From the human T2T-CHM13v2.0 reference genome, Homo sapiens: DNA of 64,000 nucleotides. Positions 39,141 to 53,929 of this stretch are shown in pieces. How positions within the stretch are numbered: position 1 is the first letter of the stretch; each line of letters opens with the position of its first letter. The notes under the pieces are model-generated. The model was not told the origin of the DNA. It saw only the letters and a program-made list of their open reading frames with translations, and made no database searches. The position numbers were made by a program, and so were the translations under genes. The DNA is taken from the NCBI RefSeq assembly GCF_009914755.1, contig NC_060925.1, one strand, 5' to 3'.

Positions 39141-39689
39141 CTCTGTGCCTCCCACCAGTGACCACAGTAATCGCTGAGGTCGTTTACATGGAGTCACATC
39201 TCATCAGAACTGCCCTGGGTGCAGAAAGGTCAAGAGCTCCCAGAAGTTGTTCCCCCAGGATTCACACATCCAGCCCAGTGTGGCTGCTGCCTGTCTTCAC
39301 TCAGGTGGCTGTGGAGGTGAAGCCAGGTGACCTGCTGATCTGCAGTGCAGGAGGGCAGATGAGGCTCAGGATGGTGGGGATGAAGCACCCCATCCTGAGT
39401 TTCCAGTGCACGCTGCTAGACAGTCAATGAATGGTGCACAGTTAACTTGAAAAATGGGATATCCTGCCCATTAAGATGCATGATGAGCATCTGAGGGAAG
39501 TCCCTGCCCAATCCAAGGTGCCAGCTGGGGTGCAGGTGAGCAGGGAAGAATGAAGGACATAGTTATGCAGAGGACAGCACACCCCACCAGCAATGCCTGA
39601 GGAGACTGTGGAGAAGAGAGAATAGAACCAAGCTCTTCAGAGACTGCAAAGAGGTTTTCTCCTCATCCAATTTTAAATACTGACCTTCA

Positions 39690-39850
39690 GCTCAACCTTG
39701 TGGGGCAGGCAGGGCAGACTGTACTACCCCATTTTACTGAGGGGAAAAGAAAACTGAGACCCAGAGAAGCTACATGACTAGGAAAGTGATGTGAGTGAGT
39801 GGAAGAATTAAGACTGAAATGTAGGACTTTTTGGTTCTAGGTCACAGCTT
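39690..39850 (-). mobile_element. MIR
   Basis: CCCCATTTTACTGAGG...AACTGAGACCCAGAGAAG. Confidence 0.65.
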
Positions 39851-39856
39851 ACTCCT

Positions 39857-40190
39857 TGCTGTGGTTTGAATGTTTGTGTTTCTCCAAACTTTGTGTTGGA
39901 ACCTGATCACCAATGTGGTGGTATTGGATAGGGAAGCCTGTCCCTTATGAATGGGATTCATGTCCTTACAAAAGAGGCTTCAGAGAGCTTTCATCCCTTC
40001 TGCTTTGTGAAGACACAGCAACAATGCCACATCTTTCATCTTGCAAAGAGACAGCAGCCCTCACAGACACCTGCTGGTGCCTTGATTTTGGACTTCCCAG
40101 CCTCTAGAACTGTGAAAAGTAAAGCTCTATTGTTGAAAAAGTAACCGGTCTAAGTTATTTTGTTATAGCAGCAGGAACTGACTAAAATAC
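39857..40190 (+). mobile_element. MaLR solo LTR (MST/MLT1A-like)
   Basis: TGCTGTGGTTTGAATGTTTGTG...GACTTCCCAGCCTCTAGAACTGTGA...TTTGTTATAGCAGCA. Confidence 0.85.
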
Positions 40191-41584
40191 CCCTCTGCCC
40201 TAGGGCACCAATAGCCCACAAGGTGCTTTGTGCAAATTTGAAAATGGCCCCCTCCCTCCTCCTAGCAGAAGCAGGAGACACCCACTGAACCTGGCTTGGT
40301 GGGCAAAGCACTGGCTTGATCACGGCCTCCCTTACCCTCCAGGACACACCTAACACAATCTAGGGGTGGCATTCTGCTCCATCCCCTCCCTCAGCTTCAC
40401 TCCTAGATCCCATCCCTCTTCTCCCATTGAGGACCTCACCTCACCTTGGGACTGTCTCCAGTGAGGAACTCTGGTGCCTGTAGCTGTTAGGCTGGACAAT
40501 CAGAGACAGGAAGTCTGTGGTTGGGGGGCCATGCTTCCCAGGGGTGGTCCACCGGATGTGTAAACAAGATTCATGACCAAGGTCCTGCCTGAAGCAACCC
40601 CCCACCCCCAAACTCTGTCCTCATGAAACCCTCAGTTTATTTAATGTCTCCCCTGTCACCAATGTCTTTCTGGAAGCAAAGGACATCTGGTGATGCAGTG
40701 CTTCACACCGTGTGTGTGCTCCATAAATATTGAATGATGACAGGATATTTTTTTCAAAAAGATGAAGGTTCCACCTCTCAGGTCTCTCTTTTGCTGTACA
40801 TCTTTGCCAAGAGTGGGTTAAGACAGTCCATCTTTTAGCAAGAATCAGGGTTTGGAGATTAGTGAAGTGAGAATTGGTCAGGTTTAATGGCACAGATAAT
40901 ATTTTATTTTTATTTCAATTTTAATACACTATCAACATGCAATGAAGTAAGATATATGGCAACACTTGAGGAAGGAACTGCCCTCCAACTTATCTTCAGT
41001 TACCAATTTGGGACCAGTTTCTGAGGTTATTTTTCTGCCAGTCTTGAGAATCTCGGAAAATTTTGGCTTCATCACAATGATATATTAGGAAGGGTAAAGG
41101 TCACCTTAAACTTTGCACAAGAAATCAGAGTAGTGTTTGACCATGACACTTGGAATTTTTTCCCCCAAAGATATAAAGAAGCCAGGAAAAAAGGAAAACT
41201 TCTTTCCTCTGAACAATAAACTTTCTTCATTCTCTGGTGGCATCTAAGATATTTATTTTGACCCCAGATGCCATTCGATGTACAAATTGGCTTAGTAAGC
41301 TGGGAATACTGATCTAGCTATAAAGAACTTGAGGATTATAATTCTTTATTTATGCTTGTGGTTCCAGTTAGGCTGGGCATCCTTTGGGTCAAGGACCACA
41401 TCTGATTCATCTTAGTGTTTCTAACACCCAGCACACTGCCTGGCACAGATAACGCACCCATTATAGGTTTGATGAATAACAATGATAAAGATAGTTAACT
41501 TGCAGTGAGTTTTCACAATGGGCCAGATGCTTTTTGAGTATTTTACATGCAGCATTTTATATTTACTACTCCATATAATGAGTA

Positions 41585-42500
41585 TGTAATGAGTTGAATT
41601 GTGCTCCTCTCCAAATTCACATACTGAAGTCCTAACCAGAGTACTTCCAAATGTGATCTTATTTGGAAATAGGGTTGTTGCAGATGGAATTTATTAAGAT
41701 GAAGTCATACTGAGATAGGGTGGGCTTCTAATCCAATATGACTGGTGTCCTTATAAATGGGAGAAATTTAGGCACAGATACTTGTGAACCCAAAATATCT
41801 GAGACAGGTCTCAGTCAATTTAGAAAGTTTATTTTGCCAAGGTTAAGGACGCGCCCATGACACAGCCTCAGGAGGTCCTGAAATGTGCCCAACGTGGTCT
41901 GGGTACGGCTTGCTTTTATACATTTTAGGAAGGCATAATATGTTAAACAAAATATAAGATTTACATTGATTCAATCTGGATGGGTGGGATAACTCGAGGT
42001 CGCAGGGGCTTCCAGGTCATAGGTAGATTTAAACATTTTCTGATTGGCAATTGGCTGAGTTATTGTGAGTAGAAAAGAATGTCTGGGTTATGATAAGGGG
42101 TTGTGGAGACCTAGGTTTTATCAGGCAGATGAAGCCTCCAAGTGGCAGGCTTTAGAGAGAAGAGACTAAATATTTCTTATCAGACTTAAGGTCTATGTTG
42201 ATGTTCCATCGTGGCCTGAACTAGACTTTCAGGGAACACCTTTGGCCGAGAGGAGGGGTCCATTCAGATGCTTGGGAGCCTTAGAATTTTATTGTTGGTT
42301 TACACACTCATCCAGGGAGAAAGCCGTGTGAAGATGAAGGCAGAGACCGGGGTGATGCAGCAGAAGCCAAGGAATGCCAAGGGTTGCCAGCAAACCACTG
42401 AAAGCCAAGGGGAGGCATGGAACGGATTTTTCCCTCACAACTTTCAGAAGGAACAAACTCTATTAACACCTGGATTTTGGACTTCTAGACTCCAGAACTA
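41585..42500 (+). mobile_element. MLT1C-like LTR interrupted by an ERV1 LTR
   Basis: TGTGATCTTATTTGGAAATAGGG...CCTTATAA; resumes at 42305 with GAAGATGAAGGCAGAG...AGCCAAGGAATGCCAAGG. Confidence 0.85.
41783..42304 (-). mobile_element. ERV1 solo LTR (MER4A-like)
   Basis: TGTGAACCCAAAATATCTGAGACAGGTCTCAG...TAGAATTTTATTGTTGGTTTACA; 4-bp TSD TACT/CACT. Confidence 0.88.
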
Positions 42501-42655
42501 AGTTTTTGGAAAGAGGAAAAGTTTGAAATGGTGGTTGAAAAAATATTTCAGCAGCTGCATAGAAAGCCTTGTAGAAGGTATACAGCAAGGAGAAATAGGA
42601 GAATTCCTATTCCCTGTCTTTCTAGAAATATTCTCCCCTCTTTAAAATGCCTGGC

Positions 42656-43020
42656 TGTAGTGGATGCTGGGCTGCACTGTCTAGATTACCTCTTTCAGTG
42701 GAGAAGCCAGCATTCTCCCAGTTGATGAGTCCTTCTTCAGGAATTGCCCTCAGTGGAAGGGAGTCACCCCACCCAACGTCTTGCCCCACTGGTGGATGCT
42801 GGGTGTGAAGGCCCAGCCCTCTTGCCTCAAGAAGTGACGACTTCAGAGTTGGTCATCTCAGCTGCAGAGCTCTGGTGGCATTTGCTGGCTGGGGCCTCTG
42901 TTGCAGTTTAACTTTCCTCTCTGTCACTCCTGCCTCCTTCGCTCCCTCAAAAGTGTTGCTCCCCAAGAAATCGCCTACACACGAGTTCATCTGCATTTTA
43001 GGAAACCTCATCTAAGTGAC
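42656..43020 (+). mobile_element. ERVL solo LTR (LTR16-like)
   Basis: TGTAGTGGATGCTG...GGAATTGCCCTCAG...CCAGCCCTCTTGCCTCAAG. Confidence 0.65.
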
Positions 43021-43111
43021 TAGTTGAAAGTGATCAATTAAGGGCTATAAACAGCTCACAGTGTAACAGTAAGTGGACAAAACCAGCATAATAAAACAAA
43101 ATATATGCTAT

Positions 43112-43922
<811 letters not shown>

Positions 43923-43949
43923 CTATACCAATTTTATATAAAAAAAGAT

Positions 43950-44445
43950 GCCATAGTGATTAAGAGCTTAAGTTCCAGAGACAGTCTTAGTTCAGTTCAA
44001 ATACAATCTCCAATAATTACTAGCATCTAACCTTGAAGAAATTATATAACTTCTTTGAACCTCAGTTTTTTCATCTGTAGAATGAACTTGCAGCTTCCTA
44101 TGAAAAGTATTTTAGACCTAAAAAAATTACTCTCCTTAAAAATATATTGAAAAAACTTTGCAAAAAGGTAATATCAGTGATCTTTGTGACGTTGGAGCTA
44201 TTCAGTACCTGAACTGTGTCAGAACCTACACAGGTATAAAGTTGTATAAAACTTAAAATGCACACACAAATGAATACGAGTAAAATGTGAAGACGGTGGA
44301 TGGTATCAACGTCAATTCCTGGCTGTGATGTTATACTATAGCTTTGTAAAATGTAACCAAATGAGGACAGTAATAACGCCTACCTCTTGGGTTGCTATGT
44401 TAAGAGTAAATGACATGGCGCATGTAAAACATTTAGCACAGTGTT
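43950..44445 (+). mobile_element. MIR split by a ~270-bp insert (44086-44359)
   Basis: CTCAGTTTTTTCATCTGTAGAATGA | insert | AATGAGGACAGTAATAACGCCTACCTC. Confidence 0.8.
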
Positions 44446-44659
44446 ATTTCTTTCAGAAAAAAGACTGGGAAGAAATCTGCTACAGTGCTAATGCTGAGTA
44501 TCTCTGAGTATTAGGGTTATGGAAGGTTTTTATTTTTAAAAAATTCTCTGTATTTCCTAAAATTTTGATTATTAAACATATTATTATATTATGTTATGTC
44601 AAAGAATATGTTCTGTATTATTTTATTATTAAACATATTATAAAGGACATCTAAGATTG

Positions 44660-45180
44660 CCTTTGCAGAATCTATGCCTCCATCCTAGCTGTGCCTGGTT
44701 TCCATTTGGGAGTCCATGTTTTCCAGAGACATTGGTTCCATGTTTCTTACAACCACTATCACTATGAGGGTGGAGTTTATAGCAGAGACAGACCCAATCA
44801 GCTTGTTTCATTCCTGGTGGCCCCAGAGATTATTTCAGGGGTGGACACATGACTTAAACCATTGCAATCAGAGTGAATCTCTGGACTCTTGCTTGGAATG
44901 CTGGAACAAAAGAGAACATTCTCACTTGTTATGAATGAGGAAGCACTTATCTTAGGAGGTATTGATAGCTGTCTTGTGATCCTATAATGAGCCTGCCCTA
45001 GGATGAAGCTGATACCTTGGAAGGCAGAGAAAGAAAGAAATCTTTTCCCTATTGATATCATTGATTCTCTGAATCAAAACACATCTTATCTCTGGATTCT
45101 CCAATTACATGAGTTAATAAATTCTCTTTATTTTTCAAGCAAAATTTAAATTGAGTTTCCCATTCCTTGTAACATGAAGA
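44660..45180 (+). mobile_element. Old MaLR LTR (MLT1J/K-like)
   Basis: TTCAGGGGTGGACACATGAC...AATAAATTCTCTTTATT...GAGTTTCCCATTCCTTGTAAC. Confidence 0.65.
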
Positions 45181-45674
45181 CTTATGAAATACTTGTATTA
45201 TTTTCATAATCAGAAGTTAAGAATAAAAAGTATATTAAAAAAAACCACTCCTTCTATAGGGCTCAGTTCAACCCCCTCTTCCTCCAACAGTGGTCCCAGA
45301 CCTACTGATCAGGCTGGTTTTCCTCTCTGCTCTAGTCCTTGTGGCATGGATGCCAATCTGACATTAAATAAACTCACGCCATATGTTGTTTTCTGTCCCA
45401 GGTATGTATGTATATATCTTCCAGTAGGTCGGAAAACTGCTTGAGAGTAGGGCATCATGTCTTGTCATTCTCATAAATCCCACAGTGCCATTTCATAACC
45501 CCCACAGGGTTCTTTTTCTCAGGCCTCACATTTATAAAAAGCCTCAATTTAAACTTTAACATTATCTCCAAAAAGCTCAAATAGTTGTATCTTGTGCATT
45601 AGACTTATTAATTTATCAGTAAACACACTCATATGTCAGTAAAACTATTGCAATATACAACAATTTTATTTTAA

Positions 45675-46008
<334 letters not shown>

Positions 46009-46149
46009 AATTTTGTTTTAATATATGGGAATCTCCAGTGATTGAAAACGTCCTCTGAGGTGTGCTCAGTGACCAGAAGACTAGTCACTATATATATATT
46101 TCCTCTGTAACTGGGAATCAGTTACAGAGTCATTGTGTTCTCAGAGTTT

Positions 46150-46255
46150 GAAGGATTGAGGAAACTGAGGCCCACACAAGCAGAGGGATTTGTCCAGGCA
46201 GCACTGCTCATTGGTGGCAGAGCCAGATCTTGAACCCAGGTCTTCTAATTGCCCA
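46150..46255 (-). mobile_element. MIR fragment
   Basis: GAGGAAACTGAGGCCC...GGTGGCAGAGCCAGATCTTGAACCCAGGTC. Confidence 0.8.
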
Positions 46256-46999
46256 GTAAACACTCATTAAATTGATTAAAACCATACCTGTAGAATGACC
46301 TGCAAAGCATTGTGCAAATTCACTTTGCAAGGTGCTTCCTAGATGCTTTGATAAGAGTTTTACAGCAGGTTCAAAGTTGTTAACTCATTTTTCAACTTGT
46401 CTGTGGCCCCCTATGATATTGAGCACTAGGCTGATGTTGGAAGGGATTTTTCGCCACCGGTCAGTCAGGTGGCTTATTTCAGCCCCCGGAGTAGCTGTTA
46501 ATCAGGTTTCAATAGACTTCAGCGTTTCACTCAGAACCTGTTGGCAATCCTAAACTCTACTGATCCTGTCATCTCTGCAAAATGAGCTCCGGCTACGGCC
46601 CCATCCGTTTTCAATTTTATTGAGGGATCCCTTCAGAACAGTTCCTGCCGCAGCATTAATATGGACCTCAGCAGGGACACCCTTCCTTACCCCAAGCTGC
46701 TCTCTCTGGGTTCAGAATGATGGGCTCTGGCTCCTGGAGATTTAAGAGCATCGAGGCAAATTTTTAATGTGTTTTGTCCCAGTGCCAGTCCAGTTCTTCC
46801 CCATGCACAGAGCGGTGGCTATTTGGAGCTAACAATACTCCTCTCTAGGGCTGTCAGACCCTGTACAATTTTTTTTTTCCGTACAACTTTGCAGAGGAGT
46901 CTCCTCCTCTGCTTCCTGATTTTTATCAGACCTGTTGAATCTCTTCTGTGCTCTTCCACATCTTTCTGTCCCAACCTCCTTCCCCAAGCAGATCTAACA

Positions 47000-47250
47000 T
47001 AAATAGCTTCTAACACACTGAGCAACTACTCTGTGCCTAATTCTGATCTAAGCAGCTTATCTCATTCAAACTCACAACCATCTTATGATAAGCAATATTC
47101 TTAGCCCTTCTCAGTTGGGGAAACTGAGACTTCAGGGAGCTTCAGCGGCTGGCATGAAGTCACACTATTAAGAATTGTTGGTGTTGGACTTTTGAAGCCA
47201 GGCAATTCAATTCTAGGACTAGCACCCTTTACAGCTGTGCTATACTGTCT
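47000..47250 (-). mobile_element. MIR
   Basis: GGGAAACTGAGACTTCAG...AAGTCACAC. Confidence 0.7.
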
Positions 47251-47346
47251 CTAAGTCTGTGAAACTGGTTCCCTTGGAACCTGCTCTTATCACTTCTACC
47301 CATATGCAAATGACCACCAACCCTACGTTGAGATCAGGGCAGTTTT

Positions 47347-48315
<969 letters not shown>

Positions 48316-48419
48316 TTATCCTGTAAGCACTAGAGTCACAGTGCGTAGGAATTGTGGCTTTCTAGGAAAAATATTTGACACCTAAAAAAATTACTCTCCT
48401 CAAAATATTAAAAGAACAT

Positions 48420-49010
<591 letters not shown>

Positions 49011-49054
49011 CGGGGTGGGTGGGGGGTGGAGGAAGAACATTACACAATAAAAAT

Positions 49055-49713
49055 TAGTATAATCAGCTTTCCATATCATGGATTCCACAATCACGGATTC
49101 CACCAACTGCTGATTGAAATATTTAAAAACTGACTGGGTGCAGTGGCTCACGTCTGTAATCCCAGCACTTTGAGAGGTGAGGCAGGAGGATTACTTGAGG
49201 CCATGAGTTCAAGACCAGGAGTTAGAGGCCAGCCTGAGCGACACAGAGAAATGCTGTCTCTACAAAAAAATTTAAAAAATTAACCAGGCATGGTGGCACA
49301 TACCTGTAATCCCAGTACTTTGGGAAGCTAAAGCAGGAAGATTGCTTGAGTCTGAGAGTTTGAAGTTACAGTGAGCTATGATCGTGCCACTGCACTCCAG
49401 CCTGGGTGACAGAGCAAGACCCTGTCTCTAAAATAAATTAAAAATAAAATAAAGTATTTGGAAATTTTTTTAAAACAATACAATAAAAAAATACAAATTT
49501 TACAAAACAATATAGTATAACAACTATTTACAGAGCATTTACATTGTACTAAGTATTATAAGTAATGTAGAGACAGTTTGAAGTATACGAAAAATGATTG
49601 TTAAGTTATATGCAAATACTACACATTTATATCAGGGACTTGAGAATTTGTGGATTTTGGTATCTTCGAGAGTTGCTGGAACCAATCCTGATGGGTACCA
49701 AGGGACAACTGTA
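49055..49713 (+). mobile_element. Tigger3/Golem (MER7-type) element interrupted by AluJ
   Basis: TATAACAACTATTTACAGAGCATTTACATTG...TATGCAAATACT...CCAAGGGACAACTGTA. Confidence 0.8.
49132..49452 (+). mobile_element. Alu (AluJ) with duplicated B-box region
   Basis: GAGTTCAAGACCAGGAGTTAGAGGCCAG. Confidence 0.9.
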
Positions 49714-50444
49714 CGTTTAATTAAATGTTTACAAAATGTAATGCTGGTCAATTGGTTTAGTGGAACAAGTCAACAATACAAATCACAAGGAAAATTAAAT
49801 AATTCTTAGCAGACTTACGATTTTAAAAGTCCTTTCAAATTCTATATGGCCAGAAAAAAAATGTGTGTGATTTTTGCATGTGAATGCATTCTAATGTGTT
49901 TGGTTTGATGTGGCTGGAGCCTTCAAAATAAGATTGTCTAGGGCCTAGGGTCTTCAAATGACCCTGCTTGCCTCTTATGCTGCCTCCAATGAAGTATGTG
50001 CAATAAAAATGAACTCAAAACTTACCATATCTAAAACTGGTTTTCTAGTGTCTATCCAATCACTATTTCTACATTCTCTAAACATCTAATGGTCCACAAG
50101 ATGGCACAACCTTTCTGAAGGTAAGTTTGGCAATATTTACCCAAAGTCTTAAACTTCATTTACCCTTTGACCCAGAAAATGGTAGCTCTCAATTCTGGCG
50201 GTGGGGTTGGGGAGGGGAGGCTGGTGGCTTCAGAGTGGTGAGTTGGGGTGGTTTTTAAATTATTTTCTTTCATTTTTGTCTATATTTCCTAATTTCTAAT
50301 AATTGGGGGGAAAGGAACCTGAAAACAGCAGTTCAAATGTTGCTAGCCATGAAAGAACTCCTTAATTCCAAGTTCAGTGTTTTTAATATGGCATGTAAAA
50401 TCATGAAAGATGAAACAACACTAACACAAGAAGGATGAACATAG

Positions 50445-52042
50445 AAGAAGTGGTACTGGCATGAGGGCAGACATATAGATCCATGGAATCGAATCGAGAG
50501 TCCAGAAATAAATCTATACATCTATGGTCAATTGATTTTTGACAAGCATGCTAAAAAAATTCAATGGAGAAAGAATAGTCTTTTGTCCAAATAATGCTGG
50601 GAAGCTGGATGTTCTGGTTTTCTAGAATGAAAAAGAATAAATGAAAAAAGAATGAATTTGGACTCTTACCTCACACCATATACAATACAAAAATTAACTC
50701 AAGATATAGCAAAGACCAAAATGAAAGTATAAAACTTTCAGAAGGGAAACATAAGTATAAATCTTTGTGACCCTGAGCTAGGCAACAGTTTCTTAAACAT
50801 GGCACCAAACACACAAGCAAACAAAAACTGGATAATTGGACTTCATCAAATTAAAAACTTTTATGTCAAAAGACACTATCAAGTACTTAAAAGGACAACT
50901 CATAGAATGGGAGAAAATATTTGCAAATCATATATCTGATAAGGATCTAGTATTCAGGCTATATAAAGAATCCTTATGATTCAATAATCAGAAGACAACC
51001 CTATTAAAAATGAGCAAAAGATTTGAATAGAGAGTTCTACAAATAAGATGCGTAAATGGCCAATAGGTGCATGAAAAGATGCTAAACATTATGAGTTCTT
51101 AGGGAAATGCAAATCAAAACCACCAAGAGATATCATTTCACACCCACAAGAATGGCTAGAAATTGGAACCCTCATACATTGCTGGTGGAAATGTATTAAT
51201 AAAATAGTGCATCCGGGCATGGTGGCTCACACCTGTAATCCCAACACTTTGGGAGGCTGAGGTGGGTGGATCACCTGAGGTCAGGAGTTCGAGACCAGCC
51301 TAGCCAACATGGCAAAACCCCGTCTCTACTAAAAATACAAAAGATAGCTGGGTGTGGTGGGGAGCACTTGTAATCCCAGCTACTCAGGAGGATGAAGAAA
51401 GAGAATCGCTTGAACTTGGGAGGTGGAAGTTGAAGTGAGCTGAGATCACGCCACTGCACTCCAGCCTGGGCAATAAGAGTGAAACTCAGTCTCAAATAAA
51501 TAAATAAATAAAATAAAATAGTGCAGCCATTGTGGAAATCAGTTTAATGATTCCTCAAAAAGTTATACATAGAGTTACCATATAGCCCAGCAATTCCACT
51601 CCTAGGTAAATACCCAAAAAGAATTGAAAATATACATTAACACAAAAACTTGTACATGAATACACATAGCAGCGTTATTCATAATAGTCAGAGTGGAAAC
51701 AACCCAAATGAATGAATCAACAAAATGTGATATGTTCATACAATAAAATATTATCCAGCCACATAAAGGGATGAGGTACTGATGCATGCTACAACATGGA
51801 TTAACATTGAAACATTATCCAGACTCCAAAGGCCACATGGCATATGACTCCATCTACACGAAATGTCCAGAATGGGCAAGTTCATAGGGATAGTATTCCT
51901 TTTGAGGGGTGGTGAAAATGTTCTGGAATTCAATAATGGTGATGGTCACACAACTTTGTGAATAAACTAAAAGCCGCTGAATTCTACACTTCAAAATGGT
52001 GGATTTAATGGTATGTAAATTATATCTTTCTCAAAAAAAAAA
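50445..52042 (+). mobile_element. Old L1 (L1MB-like): degenerate ORF2 3' part plus 3' UTR, interrupted by an Alu
   Basis: GTGGTACTGGCAT...CCAGAAATAAA...TGGGAGAAAATATTTGCAAATC...AATGCAAATCAAAACCAC; poly(A) at about 52033. Confidence 0.9.
51212..51511 (+). mobile_element. Alu (AluSq/Sp-like)
   Basis: TSD AATAAAATAGTGCA at 51198-51211 and 51512-51525. Confidence 0.95.
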
Positions 52043-52936
52043 AATTAGAGTGAATCTGGGGCAAGGTACCAATCCAATAACTCAATTAGGATCATCTTGT
52101 TGGGCAGTTGGCTGGGAAGCTGCTGTCACAAGCCAGCCAGAGCCTAGAGCAGCTGCATGGAAGGCTGAGAACAAGGCATACAGGTGAAGGGGGAGGCCTA
52201 GATCCAGCATGCAGGGAGGGCTGTCCTCTCACATGTGCTTCGAGTTCTTCCATGTAGAGCAACAGATTTTCTCACATGCTCTGACCTTTCCCTCCTTGGC
52301 ATTGTTTGACTTCTTGAAGCTGAGGTTCAGGACTTGGGTCCCTCTTCACCTTCAGCACCAACCAGCTATTGCTATCGACTTACACAATGCTCCCTCCGTC
52401 ATTACCTTTTTAACATTAATGGAAACAGAGGTTTAAAGATTTTTTTTTAAATCCAGCCAATAAAGTGAAGTGTTTCTCAGGAAGATCAGCACTGGAGGGC
52501 TGTCATCGTCTCTTCCTCCAGAGTTTTGTCAATATTTTAGTTTCATTAAAGAGGCTGAAGATTTTCATATTTCCTAAGCTGAGTCAACCCTGTGGGCACC
52601 GTCTCCCAGTTCTCTTGCCTGTGGATCCTGCTTGGTTCTTTTTCTGTGAACTCTCGGCCCAGAAGCAAGAGCCGGAGCTAGTTTTCACAGCCTTCCCTGC
52701 GTGGGTTAAGGATCACCTGTGTTACTAATAATTGTTGTCTTTGGTTACCTCTTCTTGAACAGTAACAAAAGGTATAAATCACCCCCAAGGCTCTTAATTA
52801 CTCCCATTAACAGTTGCTTTGTTATCCCGGATGCAGAGCAGTTTCACTGCACTGTGAGTACACACAGTGAGTTCAGAGGTACAAGCCTGGCATTGAGCCA
52901 GGAGTTAAAATAAGTTATGCTAAGTGGATGGCTCAA

Positions 52937-53038
52937 TTGTTCCCCTGGACTCCCTCTCGGTCTGGGGGGATGTGGGCCTGAGCGAATGCTATAGGAGTCT
53001 AAGGTCTGTGCATCTTCTAGGAGTTCCTTGGGATGTTA
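52937..53038 (+). repeat. Copy 1 of a ~100-bp local direct repeat
   Basis: Aligns with 53828-53928 with about 16 differences. Confidence 0.9.
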
Positions 53039-53250
53039 ATGCTGCCTTTTGTCACAGTCATTTTATTTTTCTCTTCTTCTTTAGTTTTGCTTCTAGCATC
53101 GGTGTTTTCTTCCTCCCTCCCTCTCCTATCCTACCCTATGCCTCTACAAATCTTTCTCCCTTTTCTTCCATGCATTCTGTATGGAACTGGCAAAAGCTAT
53201 AGTTGTATAACTATAGCTTGTTACAACTGGCAAAAGCTATAGTTGTAACA

Positions 53251-53702
53251 TTTTTTGACCTAAAAGGAAGAAGCTGAGGTAAAATTAATCTAAGTAGAGA
53301 GTTTATTTGGGCCAAGCTTGAGGGCTGCAACCCAAGAGCATAGATTCAAGTTGCCCTGAATACGCACTGCAATTAGCAGCAGTGACAAGTGGATTTGTAA
53401 AGGCAAAGAAAAGGGGACCGGGAGTGGGGTGATACAAAGTTGTTTGTCAGAAATTCTCATTGGTTTACAAAAGTAACATTGATTAGTGATTGGCTATACA
53501 CCTTTAGGCTATAGGGTGTGGGTTACAGGGTTCAGTGTGACTTCAGTAGGTTAATTTATAGCTATCTGTGACAATAGCAAGCCGTTTCAAGAGATGAACA
53601 CAGAGCTCAAAAGTAGGGAGGTAGAATGTGTTTGCTGTCTCATTTTAATGCCTCTCTGATCATTAAAAGGATCCCTCAGATAAAGGTTCTTTTCTTTTCT
53701 CA
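53251..53702 (-). mobile_element. ERV1 (MER4-group) solo LTR, subfamily undetermined
   Basis: ACCTAAAAGGAAGAAGCTGAGG...AGAGTTTATTTGGGCCAAG...CTCAGATAAAGGTTCTTTTCTTTTCTCA. Confidence 0.75.
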
Positions 53703-53827
53703 CACTTAGGAGGAAAAAGAACAAAAAGCCACTGAGCTGGGTCTTTTGAGCAGGAAATTTGGAGGGTTTGGGTTTTGTTTCTGTTTTTTTCAGCTCTCCT
53801 CTTCAAAACTCTGTCCCTGTGCCCAGG

Positions 53828-53928
53828 TTGTTCCCTTGGACTCCCTCTCAGTTTGGAGGATGTGGGCCTAAGCAAATGCTGTAGGAGTCCGGGGTCTGTA
53901 CATCATCTAGGACTTCCTTGGGGTGCTA
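53828..53928 (+). repeat. Copy 2 of the ~100-bp local direct repeat
   Basis: Aligns with 52937-53038. Confidence 0.9.
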
Positions 53929-53929
53929 C

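Noticed and set aside
40195-40380. Possible hAT-Tip100 relic
   Set aside because: Resemblance too weak to name or bound
52351-52368. TTCAGCACC as a REST/RE1 site
   Set aside because: Left half only; no GGACAG right half at the canonical spacing
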